In this document: positions 17,705 to 27,795 of the stretch, one piece after another
Numbering within the stretch: the stretch's first letter is position 1
Layout: each line of letters opens with the position of its first letter
NCBI GenBank assembly: GCA_041662665.1
Contig: JBAZSC010000001.1
Location: 129,511 to 193,510 of the forward strand
DNA from: Patescibacteria group bacterium
Lineage (GTDB): Bacteria; Patescibacteriota; JABMPQ01; JAQVVF01
Direction: 5' to 3'
Length of the DNA stretch: 64,000 nt
Notes under the pieces: generated by a model
Database searches by the model: none
What the model was told of the DNA's origin: nothing
What the model saw: the letters and a program-made list of their open reading frames with translations, nothing else
Translations under genes and position numbers: made by a program

Positions 17705-20700
17705 ATGGAGGCAAAAAACAAATTTTATAGATTAATTGGGATTATAATTATTTTTTTAAGCATTGGAGCAATCGCTTATCTTTCATTTTCTAATTATTTT
17801 GGAAAAACTAAAATTAATAATTTTGGTGAAGATTATCCAGTTGATGAAATAAAAGATGCCAATGAAGAAAAACTCGAAGAACTAGTAGTATCTGCCCAAA
17901 AAACATTAGACCAGCAGATTAAAAATCAAGCGCCAGATACTTCAAAATCAGATCAAGAGATGATCCGAGAGCAAATTATCAATAAAATTTATAGTGAGAA
18001 TGTTAATGCTGAAGTTTTAGCACAAGAAAAAAATATTGCTCAATCCATATCTAATCAGTCAATTGCTCAGCTTAATAGCGAGATTGCTAGTGGAGGAAAC
18101 GATAATAATCAAAATTTAAATAGTAAAATTTTAGATTTAGCTGACAAGCTTTTTATTAAACAAAAAGCTAAAAAAACAGCTCAAGAAACTGTTAACGAGA
18201 TCAATGATGAAGTTACATCAGCAATTAATAATAGCAATTTAGATAGTCGTAAGCAAAGCAGCAGTGCAGTTAATATTATGCATGCAATAATTTTTGATGA
18301 TCCAAACCTTGCTTTTTCAAATGCCAGCAATAGCAAAGAAAAAAGAGCTTTGCAAGATATCTACAAAAATGCTTTGAATGATTCAAATAATAAAATTGAT
18401 AATAATCTATTAACTTTGAATAACCAGAATAACAAAGATGAATTTAATTATCAATTTAAAGAAAGCTTGAAACAAGTAGTTACAGTCGTCAAGCAAGATA
18501 CAAAAGTTAGGATGTCCAGTGCGCTTAGTGATAATGCTAAAAAAACAATTGCTGATCAAGTAGTTGCTGATTCCAATCCGAATAATTCTGCTGATCAAAT
18601 AATTGATTGCGCAAACAATGCAAATATTGAACAATGTTTAACAAAAGGCAATCAAAAACCAATTGCCGAACAAGTTAAACAAGTAGAACAAGTGACCCAA
18701 ACCATCAATAATACTTATGATAATCTTGATAATGAAAACGGTAAGATAATGAATCAAGAAGATAAACAAGAAATTATTGATACAACAATCAAAAAAACAA
18801 AAGAAGAAATAAAAAATCAACCGCTTGTTGAATATATTTGTACTTGCAAAGCGCCAGAAAATGTTTGCCAGTCAACTGGAAAAAATTATACTGACAAAGA
18901 TCAATGCGCAAATGAACAAGGAGGAGAATGTTTCGAGAGCTTAGATGCCTGTTATGGTTATTGCAAGCAACCAGCAACAGTAGAAGAAGAAACTGTTGCT
19001 ACTTGCACAAAACTAATCATATGTCACATTCCATCAGACAATCCAGAAAATCAGCAAGAGATTTGTGTTGCAGAATCAGCAGCCAAAGCGCATTATGCTC
19101 ATGGTGATTATGAAGGCTATTGTAAGACAGCCCCAACTAACGAGCCAGTCAATGAAAATACGAATACATCAAATGAAACTAATGAAAATATTAATACCAA
19201 CACAAATGAAATAGCTAATGAAAATGCAAATCAGCCTTTGAATGAGAATACGAATATTAATGAATCAACAAATCAAGTAGCTAATGAAAATACGAATATC
19301 AACATTAACACAAATCAAAACGTTAATGTCAACGAAAATACAAACGTTGTTACTAATGCAAACCAGAATACTAATCAATCGACAGGAGGAGGAATAGATG
19401 TTCCTAATGTCCCTCCGACAGACAATCCAGACCCAAATCAAAAACCACCTCTTGATATCCAGCCAGTAGAAAATGGAAATTTTTTTGCTTATTGTGATCG
19501 TGAAGTTGGACAATGCAGGACAGCAGAAAATATGTTTAAGGATGAAAATTCTTGTCTTTCTTCATTACAAAGTCAATTTCCTAACAAAAATATTACTGCC
19601 TGCATTCCTTTCGATTCAACCACACAATCTTATCCATGTTTAGAAAGTTGTACTAAAACAACTCCAGAAAATCAACAAATAAATGATTTAGAGAAAAGCT
19701 TGCATGATTATGTTGTCGAAAATCCAGTTTTTCTAAAAGAAGAAATTAATAAAATAAAAGAAGACATCACTGAAAAGACAATCAGAGTCTTTAATGAAAA
19801 GGTAAAACCTACCCCAATAGATCAGCAAAAACAAGATCAGATAGTCAACGATCTTAAAAATGAAATAAACCAACAAATTCAAGCCTTGCCAGAAAATGCA
19901 AGACCAAGCTACGAAGAAGTAATTGACAAATTAGCTCATAATGAATCTGATGAAATTTCACTTAAGGCTTGGATAGTTTACAAGGGGTTAGGTAGAGTAA
20001 TCTTGAAATTTGAAGAAAATGAATTTGATGTTTATAAAAAACTATATAGTGAGAATGTAATCAAATCAGCTTTTGACGCCGGAAATCTAAAATTTAAATT
20101 TGGTGAAAAAGCAGATGATCTAAAGTATGACTTCAAAATTTATAAGGACCAGAAAAGCGATCGTTTTTATGCTGTTGTCTATAATTTAGGTGAGGATAAT
20201 TTGGTGAATAAAGATAATGATCAATATGGTTCAAAAGAATATTATTTTCAAGTTGCTACAGATGAAAAGTTTTCTGAAATTTTCACTTTTAAATCTTTAA
20301 ATAGGGTTGGCGAGGCTTTGTATGATCAAAATAAATTATTTGGACAGAACCATGATTTAAAACGCTACGGCACTATTGCTTATGATTTCAACAAAGGCAG
20401 TCAAGAAAATAATTATATTAAAAAATCTGGCTTATCGTCCTACATTGATTCAAATGCAAGTCCTTATGGTCTAAAAACTGCCATGGCCAAAAGCCCAAAT
20501 TTCATAAACGCGTTAAAAAAAATCAATAACATTGATTCAATCAAAAAAGTCTATACAGGGTATGTTGATCTATTAATTCCTCAAGATATTTATTACCAAT
20601 ATAGCGAACCAACTGTAAAATATTGGGCAAACACTATTGCAAAAAAAGATCTCAATTTTAATTCTGTGGTACAAAATTTATTTTTCACTACCAAAGAGCA

Positions 20701-21112
20701 AGATTTAAATTTAATTGATTTTTGGAATAAACCGCAATATGCAACGATTGAGGACAGCTATCTAAAAACATTGAGGCGTGGTATCATATCAAATGATGAA
20801 ATTAATCAATTCCTAAATCAAGCAGAATATTCTTCTAAAGCATTAATCAGAGAAAAATTAAGATCTCAAGAAGAATATAGTCTTATTAAAAAACAGATTA
20901 TTAAACAAAAAGACAGTTCAATCTTAGCTTTTATTTTCTCCGCAGTTCTCGGCCGAGAAATTACTCCAAGAGAAAATAGCCATTATCTTGCCCAATATCA
21001 AAAGCTCGAAAAAGAAAAAGGCATGAATAAAGAAAAAGCTGCTGATAGAATAGAATCTGAATTAATTAATAGTTCTGAATATAAAAAAGAATTACAACAA
21101 ACAATAAAATAA
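17705..21112 (+). CDS. giant membrane-anchored Cys-rich secreted protein with an Asn-rich low-complexity tract and a C-terminal DUF4214-like domain (paralog)
   Basis: 1135 aa. N-terminal TM. Cys-rich centre. A NENTNT...NQNVNVNENTN low-complexity tract at about 19140-19390. The C-terminal region is homologous to the previous gene (YKGLGRVILKF.../YRGLGRVIMKF...) and ends in a DUF4214-like segment AVLGREITPRENSHYLAQYQKLEKEKGMNKEKAADRIESELINSSEYKKEL. Confidence 0.6.
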   Translation: MEAKNKFYRLIGIIIIFLSIGAIAYLSFSNYFGKTKINNFGEDYPVDEIKDANEEKLEELVVSAQKTLDQQIKNQAPDTSKSDQEMIREQIINKIYSENVNAEVLAQEKNIAQSISNQSIAQLNSEIASGGNDNNQNLNSKILDLADKLFIKQKAKKTAQETVNEINDEVTSAINNSNLDSRKQSSSAVNIMHAIIFDDPNLAFSNASNSKEKRALQDIYKNALNDSNNKIDNNLLTLNNQNNKDEFNYQFKESLKQVVTVVKQDTKVRMSSALSDNAKKTIADQVVADSNPNNSADQIIDCANNANIEQCLTKGNQKPIAEQVKQVEQVTQTINNTYDNLDNENGKIMNQEDKQEIIDTTIKKTKEEIKNQPLVEYICTCKAPENVCQSTGKNYTDKDQCANEQGGECFESLDACYGYCKQPATVEEETVATCTKLIICHIPSDNPENQQEICVAESAAKAHYAHGDYEGYCKTAPTNEPVNENTNTSNETNENINTNTNEIANENANQPLNENTNINESTNQVANENTNININTNQNVNVNENTNVVTNANQNTNQSTGGGIDVPNVPPTDNPDPNQKPPLDIQPVENGNFFAYCDREVGQCRTAENMFKDENSCLSSLQSQFPNKNITACIPFDSTTQSYPCLESCTKTTPENQQINDLEKSLHDYVVENPVFLKEEINKIKEDITEKTIRVFNEKVKPTPIDQQKQDQIVNDLKNEINQQIQALPENARPSYEEVIDKLAHNESDEISLKAWIVYKGLGRVILKFEENEFDVYKKLYSENVIKSAFDAGNLKFKFGEKADDLKYDFKIYKDQKSDRFYAVVYNLGEDNLVNKDNDQYGSKEYYFQVATDEKFSEIFTFKSLNRVGEALYDQNKLFGQNHDLKRYGTIAYDFNKGSQENNYIKKSGLSSYIDSNASPYGLKTAMAKSPNFINALKKINNIDSIKKVYTGYVDLLIPQDIYYQYSEPTVKYWANTIAKKDLNFNSVVQNLFFTTKEQDLNLIDFWNKPQYATIEDSYLKTLRRGIISNDEINQFLNQAEYSSKALIREKLRSQEEYSLIKKQIIKQKDSSILAFIFSAVLGREITPRENSHYLAQYQKLEKEKGMNKEKAADRIESELINSSEYKKELQQTIK

Positions 21113-21119
21113 TCTTTTT

Positions 21120-21701
21120 ATGCCAACAAAAGTTTCAACAAAAATTAATGTTTCTGTTTTAACAGGCGTCATTCTAGCAGGAGCGATGATGTTCGCTCTT
21201 GCCGGATTTGGCTTTTTGAAAACAGAAATAGAGCCAACCATCAAAAATAATTTGCCTGGCTGGGCATGGAGTTTTCAGACTCCAGACAATTATAGTTTTG
21301 ATAACAGCAAGATTAAGATCGAAAATTCAGTTGTCGAATTACAACAAGGAATAGAGCAAGGAGAAATAAAAAATAATTATCCTTACTCTTACGGCTGTTT
21401 GCCAAATCCTGCTGTTGCATTTATTACTGATTCTGATGGCGAAATTTCATATCAAATCAGCAAAGACAATTTGAATTGGTATTACTGGAATTCTGGATCT
21501 TGGAAAAATGCGACTAATATTGACCAAGCAAATACTGCCACAGAAGTTAATCAGCATATTGTCGATTTTTATCCATTATCTTTGAATCAATTTTACTTTA
21601 ATGCTATCTTGAACAAAAAAGATAGTAGATTAAGAGGAATTCAAATTACTTGCGATGAATCAACACTGAAAAAAGTTGAACTTTATCCAAAAAGTCTCTA
21701 G
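21120..21701 (+). CDS. hypothetical membrane-anchored/secreted protein
   Basis: 193 aa with an N-terminal hydrophobic helix. Followed by a hairpin + T-run terminator at about 21715-21741. Confidence 0.45.
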   Translation: MPTKVSTKINVSVLTGVILAGAMMFALAGFGFLKTEIEPTIKNNLPGWAWSFQTPDNYSFDNSKIKIENSVVELQQGIEQGEIKNNYPYSYGCLPNPAVAFITDSDGEISYQISKDNLNWYYWNSGSWKNATNIDQANTATEVNQHIVDFYPLSLNQFYFNAILNKKDSRLRGIQITCDESTLKKVELYPKSL

Positions 21702-21860
21702 AATATTTTAAAAGCCAGCAAAATAAAATGCTGGTTTTTTTAATTTAGTAATGATAAAATAATTTGACAAGTTAAATAAGTTAGACTAGTTAGACTTGTT
21801 AGATTAGTTCGTTAACTTATTTAACCAGTCTAACAAATCTAACCAGTCTAACAAATATTC

Positions 21861-22973
21861 ATGTATCTTTCTTCTCTTCAACTTAAAAATTTTCGCAATT
21901 ACAAAGATTTTGAATCAAGTTTCACCAATGGCTTGATTATTTTGACTGGCCAGAATGCTTCCGGAAAAACTAATTTATTAGAAGCAGTTGAATTATTGTC
22001 ATTATCAAAATCTTTTCGTGCCAGGTCAGAATACGATTTAATTTTATTTGGTATGGATTTCGCCAAAATTTTAGGAACATCACAGAAAAATAATCACCAA
22101 ACAAAATTAGATATTACTATTGATTCATTAACTTCCAAAAATCAAAAAGTAATTAAAATTGATGGTTTAAAAAGTCGCGCTTTTGATTTGATCGGCGAAT
22201 TAGTTACTGTACTTTTTTCTCCAGAAGATTTGAATTTAGTTAATTCAGCGCCACAACTTCGCCGACGTTATTTAGATGTTGTCATTTGCCAGATTAATAA
22301 AGACTATTGCCGAAATTTGTCCGAATACAAAAAAGTTTTAATTAATCGAAATCAGCTTTTAGCTAATATCAAAGATGGTTATGCAAAAAAAGAGGAATTA
22401 AGTTTTTGGAATGAAAAATTAATTGATTTAGGAACAAGGATTATTATCGAACGCCAAAAAACTTTACAATTTTTTAATACTAAATTGTCAGAAATTTACA
22501 ATGATATCTGCGATACTAAAGATCAAAAACTTCGTATAATTTATCTACCAAATTTGCCTTTGTTAAAAGATTCAGACATCAAAAAATTATTTGAACAAGA
22601 ATTAAATAATAAATACGAAAGAGAAATTTATAAAACTTACACTTTAGTTGGTCCGCATCGAGATAATTTTGTTTTTGAACTTAATAAAAAGAGATTAGCC
22701 ATCTTTGGTTCGCGAGGTGAATATCGCAGCGCAATATTAGCTTTAAAATCTGCAGAATTAGATTTTATTGAACAAAGCTTGGGAGAACGACCGATTCTTT
22801 TGCTTGATGATGTTTTTTCTGAATTAGATGAAAAAAGACGCAATCACATGTTTGATTTAGTCAGACGCCAGCAAACTTTTATCACTTCTGCTGATTTTGT
22901 CGGACTTGAAGTTGGTTTTGTTAGAGATGCGCAAGTACTTCAAATCAAAAATGGAGAAATAACGAATAAATAA
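21861..22973 (+). CDS. recF: DNA replication and repair protein RecF
   Basis: LQLKNFRNYKDFESSF...GQNASGKTNLLEAVELL (Walker A). SMC-like ABC ATPase, 370 aa. Confidence 0.85.
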   Translation: MYLSSLQLKNFRNYKDFESSFTNGLIILTGQNASGKTNLLEAVELLSLSKSFRARSEYDLILFGMDFAKILGTSQKNNHQTKLDITIDSLTSKNQKVIKIDGLKSRAFDLIGELVTVLFSPEDLNLVNSAPQLRRRYLDVVICQINKDYCRNLSEYKKVLINRNQLLANIKDGYAKKEELSFWNEKLIDLGTRIIIERQKTLQFFNTKLSEIYNDICDTKDQKLRIIYLPNLPLLKDSDIKKLFEQELNNKYEREIYKTYTLVGPHRDNFVFELNKKRLAIFGSRGEYRSAILALKSAELDFIEQSLGERPILLLDDVFSELDEKRRNHMFDLVRRQQTFITSADFVGLEVGFVRDAQVLQIKNGEITNK

Positions 22974-22974
22974 C

Positions 22975-23075
22975 AAAATCCAAATTCCAAACAAATCACA
23001 AATAACAAACGACAAATCGTCGATTTTGTAATTTGGATTTTGTAATTTGTTTGGAATTTGGTATTTGTAATTTAT
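22975..23075. repeat. intergenic composite palindrome, 'caaatcccaaat' family (copy 1)
   Basis: ccaaattccaaacaaatcacaaataacaaacgacaaatcgtcgattttgtaatttggattttgtaatttgtttggaatttgg is a long imperfect inverted repeat. The same sequence family recurs at 26252-26360, 37489-37612, 48279-48330/48700-48762 and 50612-50715. Confidence 0.7.
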
Positions 23076-23081
23076 TTCGAG

Positions 23082-23381
23082 ATGTCTATTTTTTCTCTCA
23101 AAGATTTACTGCCAGTTGCAATTAACAATGCTGGCATTAAAACACAGCTTGAAGCTTCTCAAGTTTGTTTGACTTGTGAAAAATTAATTAAAGAATTAAA
23201 TCACAAAGCTTTTAAGCTCGCAAAACCAATTAGTCTAAAAAATAAAACGCTAACCATTCAAGTTCCATCTTCATCTCATGCTCAAGAATTATTAATGCAC
23301 CAACATATCATCAAGCAAAAAATCAACCAGCATTTTAGAAAACAGCTGGTTGATCGGATAAGTTATAAAATAGAATTTTAG
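23082..23381 (+). CDS. DUF721/DciA-like protein (recF-adjacent small protein)
   Basis: The internal Met (MSIFSLKDLLP) is the likelier start. The position after recF and the pattern TLTIQVPSSSHAQELLMHQHIIKQKIN are typical of DUF721. Confidence 0.5.
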   Translation: MSIFSLKDLLPVAINNAGIKTQLEASQVCLTCEKLIKELNHKAFKLAKPISLKNKTLTIQVPSSSHAQELLMHQHIIKQKINQHFRKQLVDRISYKIEF

Positions 23382-23394
23382 TTAGATTATAGTA

Positions 23395-23775
23395 TTATAC
23401 AAGAACAGAAATTTTTCTTTCTATACCGGAAATCAATTCATCACTATTTGAATATTCAAGAAAATAATTTGTTATTGCGTGCAAAGATCCTGACAATTTT
23501 ACATTTTTCCTATATATACAAATTATAGGAATATTATAGAAATTAGCCCAACCTAATTCGATACCTAAACCTGTAGATGGATAGGAAACCTCAGCAAGAA
23601 TAACATCACATTCTTTTTTAAAAAAATCTTTAGAATAAAATGGCTTTTCGTTATTTTCATGAGGTAAAACAAAATTATATTTACTATTTAGATTACTTTT
23701 ACGAATAGGTCCATACAAATCTCTTTTGTAATCAAAATCTCTTGAATGAGCAACATATATATTCATAAAATACAA
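23395..23775 (-). CDS. nucleoside 2-deoxyribosyltransferase-like protein
   Basis: CDVILAEVSYPSTGLGIELGWANFYNIPIICI resembles the NDT-family D...DG.D.D.GTAFE.G.A.A.GKPVI region. Confidence 0.45.
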   Translation of the reverse strand: MYFMNIYVAHSRDFDYKRDLYGPIRKSNLNSKYNFVLPHENNEKPFYSKDFFKKECDVILAEVSYPSTGLGIELGWANFYNIPIICIYRKNVKLSGSLHAITNYFLEYSNSDELISGIERKISVLV

Positions 23776-23779
23776 AAAG

Positions 23780-24115
23780 TTATATTTTCATCATTTTCTC
23801 AACATTCACAATAAAAACAGTTGCTCCTCCAATTCTAATCTTCGTTGCTTCTTCAACATTCATCCCACTTTCCATACCATGAGTCATATATGCTGGAGCA
23901 GAAATAACCTTTTCTTTAACTTCGCAATTCTTTTTTATAATTTCTAAAACCTTTTCAATTTTTTCATCCTCAACACCAACTAAAAAAGTGGTGTTTTTTT
24001 TCTCTAAAAATCCGCCTTCAGATGTTAATTTCGTTAAACTAAATCTACCAGCAACAAGTTCTGCCTTCAATTTTTTCGTATTTTCTTTAGGTGTAATAAT
24101 AACTAGTAATTTCAT
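23780..24115 (-). CDS. DarA/PstA-like PII-fold c-di-AMP receptor (DUF970/YaaQ family)
   Basis: MKLLVIITPKENTKKLKAELVAGRFSLTKLTSEGGFLEKKNTTFLVGVEDEKIEKVLEIIKKNC...GGATVFIVNVE closely follows the B. subtilis YaaQ/DarA pattern. Confidence 0.55.
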   Translation of the reverse strand: MKLLVIITPKENTKKLKAELVAGRFSLTKLTSEGGFLEKKNTTFLVGVEDEKIEKVLEIIKKNCEVKEKVISAPAYMTHGMESGMNVEEATKIRIGGATVFIVNVEKMMKI

Positions 24116-24293
24116 ATATTAAAATTATAGCATAAATTTAGAAAATAGAAAACAGGAAACAGAAAAATAATCAAATTATTTGCTTTTGTTTTGACTTTAT
24201 TTAAAAAATATAGTAAAATCAGTAATTAGTAACTAGTAATTAGCAAACTTTCATCGTCTCTAGTTACTAGTTCCTAGTTACTAATTACTTTTA

Positions 24294-26252
24294 ATGAACA
24301 TATCAACTTTAGCAAAAAAATTAGGTTACCATAGCCAAGAAATGCGCAAGATGATTGAGGCAATGGGATATCGACTTCGACCAACAGCGTCGAAGATTTC
24401 TGATAAAAAAGCAAAAGAAATTACCAAAAAAGTAGAAAAGCTAGAAAAGGAAAAAACTCTAGAAATGAAAGAAGAACAGAAAAAAGTTGAAAAAGCCAAA
24501 GAACCAAAAAAACTTTATGTCGCCCAAACTATTACAGTTAAGGATTTCGCACAAGTTTTAGAAATGGAAGTTACTGATGTCATTAGACAATTGATCCAGG
24601 AAGGCATCATGGCAACAATCAATGAAGAAATTGATTTTGAAACAGCGAGTATTATTGCTGAAGAATTAGGCCATAAAATTGAATTAAAAAAAGAAGAAAA
24701 AGATTTGATTAAGGAAAAAGGAGTTCGCAAACAGATTCTCGAAGATTTATCTCATGAAGAAGAAAAGAATTTAAAGCCTCGTCCTCCAGTTGTTGTTGTC
24801 ATGGGTCACGTTGATCATGGCAAGACAAAATTATTGGATGTCATTCGCGAAACAAATATTATTGCTACTGAAGCAGGAGGTATTACTCAAAAAATCGGTG
24901 CTTATCAAGCAAAATGCAATGGCAAAGTCATTACGTTTTTAGATACTCCTGGTCACGAAGCTTTCAAAGCAATGCGCGAAAGAGGTGCAAAAGTTACTGA
25001 TATGGCAATTCTTGTTGTTGCAGCTGATGACGGTGTTATGCCTCAAACAGAAGAAGCAATTGCGCATGCCAAAAATGCTGGCGTGCCAATTATTGTTGCT
25101 ATCAACAAAATAGATAAAGAAGGTGCTGATCCAGAAAAAGTAAAAAGACAGCTCGCTGATTTAGGTTTGCAACCAGAAGATTGGGGAGGCGATACAATTA
25201 TGGTTGAAATATCTGCCAAAATGAATAAAAATATCGATAAGCTTTTAGAAATGGTTTTATTGCAAGCGGAAATTTTAGAATTAAAAGCCAACCAAGAATC
25301 AAAAGCCATAGGCACAATCATTGAAGCAAACAAAGATCCCAAAAAAGGTCCAGTTGCTACAGTTTTGATTCAAAATGGAACTTTGAATTTGGGCGATTAT
25401 GTTACTTGTGGCAGTATCTATGGAAAAATCAAGGCAATGGAAAATTTCTTAGGCAAAAGAATAAATCATGCTAAGCCATCAACTCCAGTTCAAATTTTAG
25501 GTCTTACAGCAGTTCCAGATTCTGGCGATATTTTGCAAGAAGAAAAATCCAAAGAAGCAGCTCGAGAAAAAATTGCCAAAATCGCAAAAGCAGAAATCAA
25601 GATTAAACGCAATTTGACTCCAGAAGAAGAAAGAAAAATTAAAAAATTAAATATAATTTTAATTGCTGATTTTTATGGATCTCTTGAAGCAATTATTGAT
25701 GAGCTAAACAAAATCAATTCCAAGCAAGTTATGCCTCAAATCATTGATTATTCTGCTGGCAAGATTACTGAATCAAATGTCATGAATGCTCAATCTTCAA
25801 ATGCAATTATTTTTGGTTTTAATTCTAAGCCAACAACTGTTGCATCTCGTCTTGCCGAAGATAAGCATGTCAAAATATTTTCCTACGATATTATTTACGA
25901 ATTAATTGACGAAATCAAAAAACAATTGAGTTCTTTGATCGAGCCAGAAGTCATTAAGACAAAATTAGGCAAACTTAATGTTTTAGCAATTTTCAGATCT
26001 GAAAAGAAAAGAAAAATTATTGGCGGCAGAGTCTTGTCTGGCTTCCTAGCAAAAGATTCAATTGTAAAAATAATCAGAGAAGATGTAGAAATTGGCCAAG
26101 GAAAAATTACTACTGTTCAAAAAAATATGGCTGATGTACAAAAGGTAGAAGCAGGTTCAGAATGTGGAATGTCAATTGATACGACTGTCAAAGTTAAAGA
26201 AGGTGACGTGATTGAAGCTTGGAAAGAAGAAATCAAAAAAATCACTTTATAA
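24294..26252 (+). CDS. infB: translation initiation factor IF-2
   Basis: G-domain VVVVMGHVDHGKTKLLD, DTPGHEAF and NKIDK motifs. 652 aa with a short N-terminal region. Confidence 0.9.
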   Translation: MNISTLAKKLGYHSQEMRKMIEAMGYRLRPTASKISDKKAKEITKKVEKLEKEKTLEMKEEQKKVEKAKEPKKLYVAQTITVKDFAQVLEMEVTDVIRQLIQEGIMATINEEIDFETASIIAEELGHKIELKKEEKDLIKEKGVRKQILEDLSHEEEKNLKPRPPVVVVMGHVDHGKTKLLDVIRETNIIATEAGGITQKIGAYQAKCNGKVITFLDTPGHEAFKAMRERGAKVTDMAILVVAADDGVMPQTEEAIAHAKNAGVPIIVAINKIDKEGADPEKVKRQLADLGLQPEDWGGDTIMVEISAKMNKNIDKLLEMVLLQAEILELKANQESKAIGTIIEANKDPKKGPVATVLIQNGTLNLGDYVTCGSIYGKIKAMENFLGKRINHAKPSTPVQILGLTAVPDSGDILQEEKSKEAAREKIAKIAKAEIKIKRNLTPEEERKIKKLNIILIADFYGSLEAIIDELNKINSKQVMPQIIDYSAGKITESNVMNAQSSNAIIFGFNSKPTTVASRLAEDKHVKIFSYDIIYELIDEIKKQLSSLIEPEVIKTKLGKLNVLAIFRSEKKRKIIGGRVLSGFLAKDSIVKIIREDVEIGQGKITTVQKNMADVQKVEAGSECGMSIDTTVKVKEGDVIEAWKEEIKKITL

Positions 26253-26360
26253 ATCCCAAATCCCAAAAAACAAACAAATAACAAATTACAAATCACAATC
26301 CGTCGACTTTGTAATTTGTTATTTGGGATTTGTTTGGAGTTTAGAATTTGTAATTTTACG
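26252..26360. repeat. intergenic composite palindrome, 'caaatcccaaat' family (copy 2)
   Basis: aaatcccaaatcccaaaaaacaaacaaataacaaattacaaatcacaatccgtcgactttgtaatttgttatttgggatttgtttgg, lying between infB and rbfA. Confidence 0.7.
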
Positions 26361-26363
26361 ATT

Positions 26364-26693
26364 ATGTCACATCGTTTAGAAAAACTTAACAGCCTAATTC
26401 AGCAAGAATTAGGTTTCATTATCAAAGAGGAAGTAGAGATTCCGATTGATTCTTTGATTACTGTTTCAAAAGTAGATACTTCTGTTGACATTAAACACAC
26501 AAACGTGTATATTTCTGTGATCCCAAAAAACAAAGCTGTTAGCGTTATCAAAAAGCTTAATCACAATGTTTATCATTTGCAAAAAGCTTTAAATAAAAAA
26601 TTGGTAATGCACTTTGTTCCAAAGATCCGATTTGTCTTAGACCATTCTGAAGAGCATGCTGAGAAAATCGAAAAGATTTTAGCAAAAATATAA
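26364..26693 (+). CDS. rbfA: ribosome-binding factor A
   Basis: MSHRLEKLNSLIQQELGFII... immediately downstream of infB, which is the conserved arrangement. About 110 aa. Confidence 0.7.
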   Translation: MSHRLEKLNSLIQQELGFIIKEEVEIPIDSLITVSKVDTSVDIKHTNVYISVIPKNKAVSVIKKLNHNVYHLQKALNKKLVMHFVPKIRFVLDHSEEHAEKIEKILAKI

Positions 26694-26811
26694 GAGAATC
26701 TAGAATCTTGAATTTAGAATCTAGAATAGAATAATGAATTCAGAATTTAAGAATTCTATATTCCTTATTCTATATTCATTCCAGATTCCAGATTCTAAAT
26801 TCCAGATTCTC

Positions 26812-27795
26812 ATGTTTAAATTTATCGACATTCAAATAAATCGCGCATTATATTTAATCAAAAAAGCAGAAAATATCCTGATTATTTGCCATCGCAAGCC
26901 GGATGCTGATACTATTGGATCTGCATTAGCTTTGGGTGATATTTTAGAAAAACAAAATAAAAAAATTGAATACGCTTGCCAGGATCAAATCCCTAGCAAG
27001 TTTTTTTTCCTAAAAAATGCCGACAAAATAAAAAAGATTGATGAAATTTTAAAGAATTTTATTAATTACAAGTTACTAATTACTTTGGATTGTGGAAGTT
27101 TCGAACAGACAGGTCTACACAACTTTTTTAGCATCAATGAATTTAAAACGCCTATCATAAATATTGATCATCATCATGATAATCCGCATTACGGAAAACT
27201 CAATATTATTGAAGCTAATGCCTCTTCAACTTCAGAAATTGTCCACAATTTTTTGCTAAAAATGAATGTTGATTTAGATAAAAATATTTCAACAAGTTTA
27301 TTAAATGGAATTTTTGGCGATACTGATAGTTTCAAAAATCCAAATACATCTCATGACACTTTAAAAACAACATCAGACCTTTTGGCATCAGGTGCAAATT
27401 TAAAAGAAATTACCAAAAATACTTTGCAAGACAAATCTTTGTCAACTTTAAGACTTTGGGGTAAGATATTGTCAGATATAAAAAAGAACAAAAAACTTGG
27501 CATAGTTTATGCTGTCATTACTAAAAAAGATTTGCAAGAATGCAACGCCAAATCAGAAGATTTAGAAGGCATTGCCAACTTTTTAAATTCAATTCCAGAT
27601 GTTAAGGCCTCATTAGTTTTATCAGAAAATGAAAAAGGCGAGATCAAAGGTTCATTTCGAACTTTGCATGATCATATTGATGTCTCAAAGTTAGCTCGCA
27701 GTTTAGGTGGCGGAGGACATAAAAAAGCTGCTGGATTTACATTGCCTGGCAGATTAATAAAAGAAGATAATGAAATCAAAATAAATCTCGAGTAA
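26812..27795 (+). CDS. nrnA: DHH/DHHA1 phosphoesterase NrnA-like (nanoRNase / pAp phosphatase)
   Basis: ILIICHRKPDADTIGSALAL, IDHHHDNP (DHH motif) and GGGGHKKAAGF (DHHA1 GGGH motif). The internal Met at 26812 (MFKFIDIQ) was chosen because the track start lies inside an intergenic palindrome. Confidence 0.7.
   Translation: MFKFIDIQINRALYLIKKAENILIICHRKPDADTIGSALALGDILEKQNKKIEYACQDQIPSKFFFLKNADKIKKIDEILKNFINYKLLITLDCGSFEQTGLHNFFSINEFKTPIINIDHHHDNPHYGKLNIIEANASSTSEIVHNFLLKMNVDLDKNISTSLLNGIFGDTDSFKNPNTSHDTLKTTSDLLASGANLKEITKNTLQDKSLSTLRLWGKILSDIKKNKKLGIVYAVITKKDLQECNAKSEDLEGIANFLNSIPDVKASLVLSENEKGEIKGSFRTLHDHIDVSKLARSLGGGGHKKAAGFTLPGRLIKEDNEIKINLE

Noticed and set aside
19140-19390. Asn-rich NENTNT tandem repeats considered as a standalone repeat element or insertion
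   Set aside because: They are in frame within the 17705-21112 gene and read as a low-complexity linker in the protein. There is no sign of a separate element.
24294-26252. The short IF-2 (652 aa) considered as a truncated pseudogene
   Set aside because: The G domain and C-terminal domains are complete and the ORF is uninterrupted. Short N-terminal regions are normal for IF-2 in reduced genomes.
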